Origin: the human T2T-CHM13v2.0 reference genome, Homo sapiens
DNA length: 64,000 bases
Strand: one strand, 5' to 3'
Assembly (NCBI RefSeq): GCF_009914755.1
Contig: NC_060926.1
The notes below the pieces were generated by a model. It was not told the origin of the DNA and did not search any database. It saw nothing but the letters and a program-made list of their open reading frames with translations. Below, piece after piece: positions 1-13,199 of the stretch. A program made the position numbers and the translations under genes. Position 1 is the first letter of the stretch. Each line of letters starts with the position of its first letter.

Positions 1-189
1 AGTCTACTTAGCAAATCTGAGATTACAGTGCAAAGCTGTCTAAATCTATAGCTTTTATTCTTAACTGCTACGTTATACCGCCTCCTTGACATATATGTCT
101 CATATATCCTAAAACAAACAAAAACAAACCCAGAAATCTATCTCTTTCTTTTAAGTCACTTACTATGTGACAGGCAGAGTATTCAGTGT

Positions 190-290
190 GCCTTGAGGGA
201 AGGGGCAATATCTTGTACATCTTTGTATTGCCTCCTGCATTTAACGTGGTATCTGGCAAATAGGTACATGTCCTACAAATGCTTGGAGAG
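190..290 (+). mobile_element. L2 3' end fragment
   Basis: 'cttgagggaagggg...tgtacatctttgtatt...tctggcaaataggta' resembles the L2 3' terminus; boundaries approximate. Confidence 0.5.
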
Positions 291-729
291 ATAAAGAGAT
301 AGATAATCCCACTGCAAGACTCTAGTTCTTTCCACAGTTCCAAAATGTGGATTCCTAGAACTTCAAGCAACTGAAATGAAAGAATAAATGGATAAAGACA
401 AAGCTCAGTTCCCACTTCAGTCTAGTAACAGTTAGTAATTCAAACATATTCTCAATATTGTCTATAAATCATCTGGTTTTGCTTAGTTTCTTGAATTCCT
501 TTCTGTTCTAAAATCTATGAATCTAATTCCTTTCCCTTTGCATCTCAGAAATCTTTCTATGTCTCTTTTCAAATGTGTTTTCTGTTGAAAGATTACAAAG
601 AAAAACTATGGCTGCAGTATGGCTATATGAGATCTTGAATTCGGGAAAGAAAGAATTTCAGACTTTCACACATACTGTGTCACTAAAATTTGAAACATTA
701 AGTTATTGCATCTATTAATAACTGAACAT

Positions 730-940
730 TTACATGGCACATTGTAGTATGCAAAATACTTCTATTGCATTATCTTATCTGACCTTCACACTTTGGAGTA
801 GACAAGGCAATTTGGATTATCCCAATTTTACAGATTTAAGAAAACTGAGACTTGGTGAAGTGATTTGCTATTAAATAAAGTCAAGATTTCAATCTAAGTC
901 TTTTAGATACGGCTACTGTTATCTTTTCACCCTCACTATA
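730..940 (-). mobile_element. MIR-family SINE
   Basis: MIR core in reverse: 'attatcccaattttacagat...aaaactgagacttggtgaagtgatttgc'. Confidence 0.6.
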
Positions 941-1947
941 CTGTCTTAACTCAATGGCCATCAAACACTGCAGTCACCGCTCCAAGTATTACTCTAAGAA
1001 TCATTTTGTTAGCCTTGTGTTAGGGGATAGGATTAACTCTTCTCCCTTTGAATAAATCATATTCGGCCAGATTTTTCTGAATGTGGTTTCTATCAGTTAT
1101 AGTAACAGAAGATTTTACCTTAAAAGGTCTTAAAAAGCCAAACTCCCACTACCCTAACATTACCCCCATCATTTAAAAAAAAGACAAAATAATGCCTAGA
1201 GATATTAAGCAATTTTTTCCAAGATAACATAGTGAACAGAATCAAGTCTTGAACATATCCAACATGCAAGTGTTTTATAAAGCTCTATCATCAGCTAATT
1301 CTAGAAGAGATACTTCCGGTCAAGACACTGGCTTGTGTTCAGAAAGAAACTTAAAGCTAATCTAATCCAAGTTTCCTTAATGCAGCAACTGCTTCTATTG
1401 CATTCATGGCAGGTGCTCTTCCATTTGCACCTTTATCATATGAATACAGTCTTATCAGTTTGTATGTTAGAGAAGGATAATAACCAGTACTGCCATTACA
1501 GTTGAACATCTTGATGTCTTCCACCAAATTTTGCTCAGTGTTCTTGGGAGCCCTCTATTGGCCTTCTGGGTAATAGCAGGCAGCCTCTGCTGGGGGCTGC
1601 GCTCCGTGAGTCCTGGGGAGTTACAATGAACAAGAGCCTTAGTGCTGTCTGAAACACAAAGGGGAGTGAAGAAATCTGTTTGCCAAATTGAAACGGGCAG
1701 AATTGACAATGAAATAAACTTCCATTTCTTCATCTTCCAAAAATACCCATCGAAACTAGTTTATCCAAAAACAAAACTCTCTGTTCTGAATCAAGGCCTT
1801 ATCTGACCCTTCTTCATGGAAAACTTAGCCAATAACTGTTCCTTGACCCTTATGCCTTTGACCTACCTCATCCTCCACTCTTACCCCAGCCATGGTACAC
1901 AGTGTAATGACGTATAGGCTATGCAGGTCCCTCCTGAAAACTAACGT

Positions 1948-2075
1948 TCCCTTCTCCTTTCCTTCCTCCATCCTCCTCTTCACTCCTCTTTTCTACCTTC
2001 TTCCTCTCCTTCCTTCTCTCCCTCCCTCTTTTTCTCCATCCTCCCCCCTCCTTCCTTCCCTCCTTCTCTTTTTTC
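1948..2075. repeat. CT-rich polypyrimidine low-complexity tract
   Basis: ~125 bp that is almost entirely C/T. Confidence 0.85.
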
Positions 2076-3814
2076 AAACCAATTTTCATCAGAAGCTAGA
2101 AAGTTGACTTTGAAGGAGAGCCTGCCTTAAGAAGCCTGTAGTGTGATAGGTTAAATATGGCAGATACATCTATGACCATCCTAAAAAAGAAAAAATATAT
2201 ATTATATCTATGAAAGACCCGAGGAGAGGTTCTGGCTAGATTCTCATGGTTGCAACGAACAGATATTTGTTTGAGTGACTTCAAGTAACAAGGGATTTAT
2301 TGGAAGGAATACAAGAAAAGCCCCACCGTCACACTTCAGAAAAAGCAAGAACTGGACGAAGAATCTGAATCTGGGGGTGTTCTTGGGCTGTACTGACCAT
2401 CATTCTCAGGCTTTACCAGGGCACACAGCTATATCCCACATGTCTGTTCTTCTTCCCACTTGACAATGAACTTTCTCACCAACTACCCCACACAGTTACC
2501 ACTTCACTCTCCAAGGATAAACACTCAAGTTCCCAGGTTAGTTGTGGTTAAGGGGCAGTGAAGACTCTGGACAGTTCTCAATTTAGTGACAGCTGATTAC
2601 CTCCAGGACCCATAGCATGGACCACAGGCTGGGACTGGACCACATGGAGATGGAGGATAGTAAGAAAGGACTGAGCAGGCAGGGCTCATTTCTATCAGAG
2701 CAGCTTTGTCATGTGCCTGCATTGGACTGTGTAGACCTAACAACAGTAGTGTGTACTGAGCTCCTGGGGCTGCGCAAACATCCATTCCAGCACCTGGTTC
2801 CACCAACATTCCTCTCTTGCAGGTGGGGAAATGAGTTGCAGGTGGGAAACTATAGGCTTCCCATCTTCCTCGGATGTTTCTGTGGCAGGATACTGAAAGG
2901 AAGTGGAGGTTGGAGCAAATGCTCTAGCATAAAGGACAGAGGAAATGAGAACAGGGAATGCCCACAGCTTCTCATCCTTGTGAGGTGAGGTTCTCCCCAC
3001 TGTATGAAGTCCCCAGAACGCAGCTGGACCAAATGGCAGGGGCAGAGTGAGCAGGTAAGGGTGATTGGGTAAGAAAAATATTGGGGCTTGAGACTTCAGT
3101 AATACCAATATTAGGTTGTGTTCATGGAGAGGAGGGGAATATCAATGGGGATGAGGGGAAAAGACCCACCAGCTAGAAGGGGTCTCGGTGCCCCACTACC
3201 ATGCAGAGTCAATTTCAACTATGAATCAGAATTATTGGTAGTGAAATTTTGCCCTACTTTACACCTACTCCCACATACGGGGCACACATATACACATAAA
3301 ATTTCCTCCAAGAGTTGTGTGTGTGGTGTGTGTGTATGGTGTGCGTGTGTGTCACATTCTCTACTTAGGTTGCGAGGGTACCTGTGCAACTGCTGGAAGA
3401 AAAGAAGGAAGGAGGAAGAAAAGAAGAAAGGGAGGCAGGAATGATGGCAGGAATTATGAAAGGACAGAAATGTAAATGTGATCATATGGATGGCTGCTGA
3501 TGGATATGGTTATCATATACTCCTGCAGCCTGAGGGTGGGCAGAGTGATGTCCAAGTTCTGCCTGACGATGAATTCATTGAAGGGGATTTCTATTGTAGA
3601 GCCCTGGCCAACAGCTTTGCAAAGACCAAAGTGGTCATTGATTTACTTAAAGGACAAAACCTCCCATAATTTGTCAGTAAAATGGATGCAAGCAAAAAAT
3701 TGTCACTTTTCAAAACCAGAAGTTAACAGAACAAAATCTCTGGGACCATGGAATGGGTTGCTTTGATATATAGGGAGCATTCATAATCAATGATCATACT
3801 CTCACCCTACGCGA

Positions 3815-4410
3815 AGTTACTACTGAGCACTTACTGTATGCTGAGCACATTATTAGGCACCAAAGATCCAGCACCTGCCCTCATGAAACTTGCTGTCTAG
3901 TGGGGGAAGCCAGGCCTTAATTAATTAATCTCAAAAATAGAGGTAAATTTCAACTGTGACATACGCTTTTGAAAGAAATGTCTACAGTGCTATGAGAATA
4001 CAGGATGGATAATCTGACATATAGGACTTGGTAAAGGGCATAGAATGGATGATCTGTTGTATAAGTTCTGGAAAAGGAGGTGAAGGAAATTTCCTTGAGG
4101 AAGTCACCCCGGAACTGCTATCTGAAGGATAAGAAGGAGTTGTCTGGACAACAAAGGAAAAAAGACATTTTAGGGAAAGAAAACAACGCATGCATATGCC
4201 TTGTGGAAAGCAGGGGTGGGTAAGAGCAAGAACTCTCAGAGGTGCTGTAGCGTGGCTAGACCAGCAGCAGATGGGGGCAGAGAGAATGAGCAGTGCCCCC
4301 CGGGGCCAGTGGGGAGCAGGTGCAGATCATGTACCTCGTGTGCCATTTTAGGGAATATTTTACCTTATCCTAAGAGCAAGGTGAGACAATGAACAACAGG
4401 ATTTAAATAG
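3815..4410 (-). mobile_element. L2 LINE fragment
   Basis: 'tactgagcacttact...cctgccctcatgaaactt...ttccttgaggaagt...ctgaaggataag...ttatcctaagagcaa' is typical of reverse-strand L2. Confidence 0.7.
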
Positions 4411-4414
4411 GTAT

Positions 4415-4602
4415 TCAAGGAACAGTTATTAACCATATCACACATAAGGGGTACCAAGGACATAAAAAGGCCTGTAAACCTCTGATATAGTAGGTGAAAT
4501 GTTACTTGAATCTCCATTTGTGCTTTTTCTCTGGGGTTAGGTCCATAGCTGTTATTAGATTCCCAAAGGAGTTCACAATCTTCTGAAGGTTAGAACCATT
4601 GT
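4415..4602. mobile_element. hAT-Charlie-type MITE fragment
   Basis: Ends 'ggtccatagct...agattcccaaaggagttcacaa...aaggttagaaccattg', resembling a hAT terminal repeat; a related piece lies in the opposite orientation at ~40414-40480. Confidence 0.45.
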
Positions 4603-4831
4603 CCTGGTTCTTAGGGGAGGAGACTGGAGACTGGATGATTTCTTACTACGTCACTTCCATTTCTACGATTCATGAGCCGAAAACCAACCCAGATCCATCC
4701 AAGTGACTGACAAACTAAGGTTTACTGTCATCAGCAGGGAAATTAGAGCCAAAAGTTTAAAAGTATGTGTTTGATGTTGCTAGCAGCAGAGATGAGCTGA
4801 GAATGCAATCACCTTCACCCTGATAACCCCC

Positions 4832-4834
<3 letters not shown>

Positions 4835-4871
<37 letters not shown>

Positions 4872-4893
4872 GCACACACACACAGTACACACA
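4835..4893. repeat. (CA)n microsatellite
   Basis: Pure CA run 4835-4868, then degenerate CA. Confidence 0.95.
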
Positions 4894-5254
4894 CTGCTCA
4901 TCCTACAGAAAGGCTCCTCACAGGCTGTGGACCTCAACTCTTTGAGAAGCTTATCACTGGGGGTTCCGGGGCTGTCGTCTAAGGCCCAAGAGCATTTTCA
5001 TAACCAACCCAGTCTCAGCCCAGTCCCAGGGGGTTATGGATGTGAGTTTACTCATTTCCTGTCTCCAGGCACTCCCTTGTCCTGCTAGCAAAATGAAAAT
5101 AAAGCAAGTGGATCAGGGCTAACATAGGCACAGTTGACACTCAATGATTTGAGTCACTGGAGGGGATCATCACCATGAATTATCACGGGCACAAGTGCTG
5201 AATCACAGATGCTACTGATCCCTCAGGCTCACACAAACCCTGGCTTCTTCTTCA

Positions 5255-5841
<587 letters not shown>

Positions 5842-6069
5842 CTCTCCACAGCACTCTTAAAAAGTGTCTGTGCTCCAGTTCATGCCAGGGTTCTCTGTAG
5901 CACAATGCACAACTTTATTTCCCATCCAAGGTTCATACTAAATCCTGCCTCATGAAGGAAGCCTTTTCCAGTGGTCTGGTCTATATCATATAGTGCTATA
6001 GTGTGGCCCATACATCTGGCCCATGGTTATAAAAAAGAAATCTGGTTTTGGGCTTGGGAGTGTGATGTT

Positions 6070-6512
6070 CTGTGATCAGCAGGCTCTCATAATCTGGCCC
6101 TGCCAATCTCTCTGATCTCACCTGGAATTGGCCTCTCCCAGGCCAGTTACCCTGAACTCCTGTCTGTTTCTTGAACACACCACGCTGGTTCTAGGATCTG
6201 GTTCTAGGATCTGGCCCTTGGCACTTGCCCCCCCACCTGACCGCATAGCCAGTTCACGCTGACTGGCTCCTTTATTAACCACTGGAACTCAACAGCACCC
6301 CTCCCCAAATTTCCTACTGTCCTAGAACCCCGTTTTATTTTCTTCACAATACTCATCACTATATAAAATTGCCTTGTCCATTTATTTACACACTTATTGT
6401 CTGTCTTCCTTTCAAGAATATTAGCTCCATGAGAACAAGACCTTGTCTAGGAAGATCCTTGTCTAGAGCCTGGCACGCAGCAGGCATGTAAACATTTCTT
6501 GAGTGAATGAAT
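6070..6512 (+). mobile_element. L2a 3' region
   Basis: 'tttattttcttcacaatactcatcact...agctccatgagaacaagacc...gcctggcacgcagcagg...gagtgaatgaatg'. Confidence 0.8.
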
Positions 6513-6724
6513 GCTCTCAATGAGTTCTTGCTTATAACTTTTATAAAGCAGAGGAGTCTACTTGGTGGTAGAGACTCTGGTCAGTGCTGTACCAAAGTCC
6601 ACCTCCTCCCCCGGGCATTGAAAGATTTTTCAAACTGCAAGAAAGCAATACCATCCTCCTCCAGAGATTGTCAAAAGTCTGGCAACTTCCTTACTGGATA
6701 ACTGCTAAGTAGCACTACTATTAT

Positions 6725-6930
6725 CATATTAGCCACACTTGTTGAGTGTTTACCATGTGCCAGGATCTATGTGAAGCCTTTTACATACATCTTTTGATGC
6801 TCACCAGAGATTCTATGAGATAGGTTCTATTATTATTCCCATTTTACAGCAGAGAAAACACAGCTCAGAACAGTCAGGTTATTTGGCCCGCACCTACAAG
6901 CAGATCTGTCTGACTCCAGAACTAGAATCT
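6725..6930 (-). mobile_element. MIR
   Basis: 'ttgagtgtttaccatgtgccagg...attattcccattttacag...tctgtctgactccaga'. Confidence 0.8.
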
Positions 6931-9259
6931 TGCTGAGCTGTAGAATTTGTAAACACACGTAAAAAGGAGCTTGTAAAGTAAAAAATGGCCCTGCCACAGT
7001 TGCCATCACCCCTGCAGGGAAACGTGAAAGGAGGTCCAGGTGGCCTCCACCAGCAAAAACACAGAGAGGAATCTCACTGTGGGTTGGATGTGGTTTAGGG
7101 ATTGCCAAGAGAAGCCGTGTTCCCAGGGGCTCCTCCCTTCCCTCCATGATACCTCGGTATTCTCATCTATGAATAGGCAGCCCCTTCTTCTAGAGGTGAC
7201 CATAATGAGCTGCTCACCACACAGTTGGCAAAAGTACTATCAGGAAAGTCGGGGAATAGGGTGGTGGTAGGGACGTGTTGACCCAGGACCTCTGGACCTG
7301 GGCTCCTATCTGCACTGGAGATGAAACTGCCTGAGGCCCAAGGAGTTGAACAAATGCCCCAGGAGCTATGAGATGCCTAGAAACCAACAGGGGATTTTAA
7401 TAAAAGCAACTTGCTGATCAGGTACATACTTAATGTTATAATTACCCCGTGATGACAGCGTTGTGAAGTACAGGCAAGCAGGAAGTACTGACCAAGCAAT
7501 TTTAAAAGGTTGGTCTAATGCTCTTCATTTTTCACTAAAGCCTAAATTGAGTTTGTGCTTTCAGGGAATAATGAAAAAGACAGAAAGGTGAACATGACAA
7601 TCTAGTTCCAAGAGCCCTAGATTGAAAAAAGAACGGGAAAATAGGTGGATTTTCCTCTGAAGCCAAAGAATGGCATTCATTCATTCATTCATTCGTTTAT
7701 AAACTTTATAGAATGGTGTTCCATGACAGGCACTGTGCTCAATGATGAAAACATTGGCAGGGGAAGGGGTAAAAAAAGAGAGAAAGGAGAAGAGAAATGA
7801 GAGAGCGTAGGAAGAGGACAAGAAGGAGAGGGAAGATGAAGCAAAGGAGGAAGGAGAGGAGGATGAGGGTGGGGGAGGTGTAAGAAGGAGAAGCAGAGAT
7901 GGGAAAGAGTCTCAGCTTTGATACGCTCATTGTCTAGTGGCGAGACAAACTTCTGGCTCCAAAAAATAGGCCCAGCTAGGGAGCCAGCTGGACTTAAATC
8001 CCCCCATAAGTGGCAGGGATTTCCAAGTATCCAAAAAGTGCTCTCTTGGCTGCTGGTGAGGCTCGGTACGCAGCTGCCAGGGTCCCTGGGGGATCAGGGG
8101 CAGCGGGTGTGAATAGGTCTTAGTGCCTCTGGGAGGAGGAAGTGGGGAGGCTTTTCTTCCCAACCACCTAAGCAGTACAGTGGGACTTCAATTCTGATGT
8201 CAGTGCAAAAGGCAAAAATTGATATTTTGAATTGCATAGATTCAAAACTATCCTTGAAAATCCCTTAAATTCCCCCAGAACATGCAGCCTGCATGTTTCA
8301 TGCTGACCACCTTGTTCAGGAAGGCTTTTTTTTTTTTTTTAAACTAGCAAGTTTGAGAACCACTGAGCTAGACTTAAAGGAAGGAAGGAAATGAACATGT
8401 GTATGCAGATATGTGCTTTCTAACCATACCACCTTCAAGGTAATTACCAAACTGCTGGATGAGTAGAGAATTCTAAAGTGTTTCTGCTAGCCTGCAGGGC
8501 TTTTCGCATAGTGTTTTAATACCTAGCCTGTAAAACCTTAATAAATGTTAATGAATTTGTGTATTGTTGAGGGTTACCCAGGATGGAAAGAGGGGTAGGC
8601 TCTCTGGTTTGTGGAAAGGGAGAGGCTTCCAGCAGGTCTCAGCTCTGAGCTTCCTGTGGCTAAATTCTGGAATGGGTGCCAGGAGGGTGAGGTGGGGGCT
8701 ATGTCGCTCTGAAGGCTAGGTGAAGGTCTTGAGCACATATCCTGCGGGCTGTTGGCAGAAGCTGACTTAGGAGACTGGCTGGGGAGGAAAGTTGAGCTCA
8801 CATAGAATGCACAAGTCAGGACTGCAGAGATGCGGCCACGAGGGACCCCAACAGCAGCAAAGCTGCAGATTCTAGAGTGCGAAATATTGATTTAGGCAGC
8901 TCTACGTGGACTGATTGGCCACAATGTACTCCTAGGGTTTGTGTTCCCAGGACAGCCCAGAGACACCTCTCCCCTCCCCATAGTCTCACCTGCCCTTGGC
9001 AGTGTCCCTGACCTTCTGACTTACACATCTCCATGCACACCAGGAGCGTCCTCGAGCTGCCCCCCATCTCACAGGACCCGCCTGCTCTTCCCACCTCTCT
9101 AAGCATCACCTTCCTGAGGGCCCCACTCGGGCCCCTCCTCCTCAGAAAAGCTGGGCTTCCCCACCAGCTGCTCTGGGGACCGCTCACTGTCTGCTGTCCC
9201 TTCCGTTTAGCTATGCTCACTTGGCAGTATTCATGTGTCACAGTGGCAGTTAGAGCACA

Positions 9260-9465
9260 AATTCAAGCCCACCCCTGGCTTTGAATGTCCCCTGACTAAC
9301 TGTATAAACCTGGGACACCACTCAGGCAGCTGTGCCTCAACTTCCCCACCTGTGCATGTGGTAAGAAGAGGGACTACCCACAGAGCTGTGGCAGAATCAC
9401 AGGAGGCAGGAGGCGGAACATGCTGAGATGGTGCCTGATGTTGGCCTAAGTGCTCGGCCAAATGT
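9260..9465 (+). mobile_element. MIR
   Basis: 'tttgaatgtcccctgactaactgtataaacctggga...ctgtgcctcaacttccccacctgt'. Confidence 0.65.
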
Positions 9466-10024
9466 GTTTCAGAAGATCCTCAAGGGGAGGATGTCACACC
9501 CCACTGTATTCTCAGGGCCTACGTGGCACCTCATAGATTAACAGGAAACACAGACACTTTATTATATCAGAAACTCATTCATTCAAGAAACATTTACCAA
9601 GTGTCCACACCAAGCCATCTTTAAAAATGAACAAGATACATTTCCTGCCCTTCACAGGCTCTGGAGGGCAATCTACCTTGGCCAGTTTTGCTGGTACCTG
9701 GCTGTCAGCACCTGGTTGCAGTGGTGTCCCTTAGCTTAGGCCCTCTGAGGAAGAAGAGGAGTGGGGAGGAAGCAGGGGAAGAAGGGGAGAGGAGAGGGGA
9801 GGAGGGAGGAGAGAGGTGGCTCTCTGGTAGTGCCCTCCCCCCTCATCCCTCCAATCTCGTGGTGCCAATTTTTCATTTAGTATTCTTTTTTTATTTGTTT
9901 CCATTGTCAAACACACATACAACAGAGTACAACAGTTTTAGAGGAGAGGAAATTAGTGACAATAAGGGGAATCTGAGCAAACTGAAAAGGAAGACCCAGG
10001 TCAAAGTTTAAAATGCAACAAAAT

Positions 10025-10457
10025 GATAGCCCCAAACTGCAAACTACCAAAATGCCCATTGACAGTAGAACAAGACAAATCAATGGCAGTGTATACACGT
10101 CACCCGATGGAATATCACACAGCAATGAGGATGAATCAATCTACAACTACAGGCAACACTGTGGACATAGCTCACAAACATCACGCTGGGAAGCTAGAAA
10201 CCAAAGAGCCCATAGAAGACAAAAAGCAGCAAGTTAGAAGTCGGGACTGGTTCCCTGCAGGGAGGGCAGCGCCAGATGAGGAATGGCAGAGGCGGGGGCA
10301 CTTCCGGGTGCTGGGAATGTCCTGTTTCTTGATCATGATGTGGGGAGGCAGGGGGAACATAGGTGTGTTCATTTGAAAAAAATTCTTTGTGCTATGCACT
10401 TAAGTTTTATGTAATTTTTTCTATGATTGTTATACTTCTATAAAAAGGTTTAAAAAC
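10025..10457 (+). mobile_element. L1ME-type 3' end
   Basis: 'cccaaactgcaaactaccaaaatgcccatt...atggaatatcacacagcaatga...gtgctgggaatgtcctgtttcttgatc...tgttatacttctataaaaagg'. Confidence 0.75.
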
Positions 10458-11194
10458 AAGGGCAAAGCCAGCAACTCTCAGGGATGCCCCAGAGCCTGAT
10501 AAAGAGACTGAACAGGGAATTCTCATTGGCAACTGCAGAAAAAGGCCTCAATCCCTTGCATGAGGCCTCCCAAAAGGGACCTTGGCCACAACCTCAAGGA
10601 TAGCTTCATTTGGGGTCAAGATAGTCTGGGGTCTATGCAGCCAGGCTCGGGGGTGTTTCCTCTCCCTAGACTTGGTTGTACCATCTGGTCTCAGCTGTGC
10701 CTCCCAGTGTATTTTGTAGTACTTCCCAAGGGAACTGTTCCCCGGGAATACAGAGAAATCCCTTGCTCATCTCTGCCCCTGTGCTTTCTCCCAAGCCCTT
10801 TCCTCGTCCAGGAAGCCTGGTCTGGCTGCCCCAACACTTCTTTAGCTACCCACCCTCTAAGCCACTGCCACAACCAGCCCTGCCCCCGGGGGACTTAACG
10901 TGGAGATGCCTGGCACCCTTCACCGGTGCCGGTGTGTGCGCCTTTGTCTTGTCCTCTCACCCAGCTTCTCAATCCCCTGAAAGGAGTTGCGTAACTTTCT
11001 GCCTCCTTCATAGTGCCTAGCACAGTGCCAAACACACAATTTGTGTTTAATATATATATTGAAAGACTTCCCCAATAGTTGCATTGTGCCTTCTCCCGAA
11101 TTAGAGTGTAAGCTCTAATTAAGACAATTAACTGCCCTTATTGGATTGTAAGGAAATGTTTTAAAATTACAATAGCACGTTATTGACAGAAAAG

Positions 11195-11730
11195 GCCCTT
11201 CTCTGCTCCAAACCCCTTAATGGCTTTCAATTGACCAGAGCATAAACTGCAAAATCTTTTCCCCAGTTTACAAGGCCCCTCACAGCTGGCTGCTTCCTTT
11301 CATTGCCTTCTACACTTGCTCTTCCTTGGCTCCTACCACACTGGACTCATTTCAATTTCTCAAAAAGATGAAGCTGTCTCTTGAGCCAAGACCTTCCTCT
11401 GGGATGGTGTTCTGAATCTCGCATTCCCTTCCTCTTGGTCTGTCTAAGAGCTGATTATTTCTCAGATTTTATTAAAGTCATTTTCTCAGGAAGTGCTTTC
11501 CTGAATGCCTAGACCAGTTGTTCTCAAGCTTAGGTAGGAATCAGGCACTCCTGGAGGGCTTTTGGGCTCAGTAAGTCTAGGGTGGGGCCTGGAAGTCTGT
11601 GTTTCTGTCCAGCTCCCAAGTATTGCTGCTGCTGGTCTGGGAACCACACTTTAAGGACCACTGTCTAGACCAAGCAGCTCGCCTTATTCATCTTCCTCAC
11701 CAGACACACTTCCATGAGAACAGGGGCCTG
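11195..11730 (+). mobile_element. L2 fragment interrupted by MER5A
   Basis: 'ctctgctccaaaccccttaatggcttt...tttacaaggccc...caggaagtgctttcctga'. Confidence 0.6.
11515..11663 (-). mobile_element. MER5A (hAT-Charlie MITE), internally deleted
   Basis: 'cagttgttctcaa...ctagggtggggcc...gaaccacactttaaggaccactg', flanked by 'ctagac' on both sides. Confidence 0.8.
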
Positions 11731-12643
11731 GCGGAATACATGCAAACAAATCCCCATTTCTACGACTCTGTTGTTACCAAAGCACCTTCACACCTGTGGT
11801 CTCTTTTGCTGCTTAAAACAGCTCTGGGAGAGGGTAGAGCAGGCATAGACTGCTCCTTCTTTACAGATGGACCAGCCAAGATGCAGAATGTCCAAGGGAC
11901 TGGCCAAAAGAAGGTCAGCAGCAGTAAGTAGTAGAATGAGAGGTAGAACCTGTATTTTCTTATGTGCAGCCAAAGAAAAGTTTCTTCATATTATTACTCT
12001 GTTCCGGCCATATCTGCCTGCAGGGGAAGATAGAGAACGGAACAAAAACTCATCGATTTTTCTCTTCCGTTCCCTTAGATGCCAGCACAGGAATAAGAAA
12101 CGAAGCCCCTATGTAGCGTTTATCCAATGACCTGTGGCACAGAGTTTGTTTCCTTGGAAGAGACTATGCTAAGGTAGGTAAGGTGGTGATGGACTAATAA
12201 AGCTTGCAACTTCTTACATTTTCATGGCATGGCAGCCTTCCCCCAGGTGACAATCAGACAGCAGACAATGGGAGGTATAAGTGCAGAGGCTGTGAGCCAT
12301 CTGTTCTGCAATGAAATCTGTGTGGCCCTCCTTAACCCCTTCAGACTCCAAAAACAGACTAGCAGCCCCACTCACCATTACCTACCAAGATGGGCCACAC
12401 CAGCCAGACCTACAAGTATGACAGTTGCTGACTATACTTTCAAAGGTGTGGGGAAGGGCCCCTCCATGCCATGAGACAGATCTCTCAATCCCAGCTGCAG
12501 TGGTTGGAATTGGATGAGCAGCCTGCCCAGCAGAGGATTCCAACAGTTCTGGAACCTTCCTCCACACCTATTCCCCCTCTCCTAGGTCACTTAGTTACAA
12601 CTACTCCTGATGGTACACAATCTAATGGGTATGCCTGACAACT

Positions 12644-12810
12644 CCTATGGACCGAATGTTTGTGTACCCCCAAAATTTATATGCTGAAGCCTAAATCCCC
12701 AGTGTGATGGTATTTGGAAGTGAGACCTTTGGGAGGTGATTAGGTCATCAGGGTGGAGCCCTCATGAATGGGATTAGTGCCCTTAGAAAGGGATGAAAAG
12801 ACCAGAGCTT

Positions 12811-12847
<37 letters not shown>

Positions 12848-13040
12848 TCTCTACCATGTGAAGATACAACCAGAAGACAGCCATCTGCTAAGTAGGAAGC
12901 AGCCATCACCGGTGGACACTGTATCAGTCAACACCTTGGTTTTGGACTTCTCAGTATCCAGGACTGTGAGAAATAGATGTGGTTGTTTAGGGTACACAGT
13001 CTATGGTATTTTGTTATAGCAACCCAAAATGACTAAGATA
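12644..13040 (+). mobile_element. MLT1A-type MaLR solo LTR with internal (CT)n
   Basis: 'ctatggaccgaatgtttgtgt...gggtggagccctcatgaatgggattagtgccc...ctatggtattttgttatagc...actaagata'; (CT)n at ~12812-12845. Confidence 0.9.
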
Positions 13041-13199
13041 ACAGCTATAACCAAAGAATAAGACAGAGAAAACTCATAAACTAGCAGTTGCTGTTATTAT
13101 TAATATATGGGAATCGAAAGCAGCCTTATTGATTTAGGCTTTAAACATCATCAATATGGTTGACAACTTTTATTTTTATCTCTCCACTCCCCAGCTTCT

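Noticed and set aside
3478-3669. 63-aa ORF with protein-like composition (PEGGQSDVQVLPDDEFIEGDFYC...)
   Set aside because: No family recognised and no convincing splice donor; the length is expected by chance. A tBLASTn/PhyloCSF check would settle it
8279-8297. Palindrome aacatgcag-c-ctgcatgtt as a p53/p63 site
   Set aside because: Each half-site has two mismatches to RRRCWWGYYY, and an isolated 9-bp-arm palindrome can arise by chance in 64 kb
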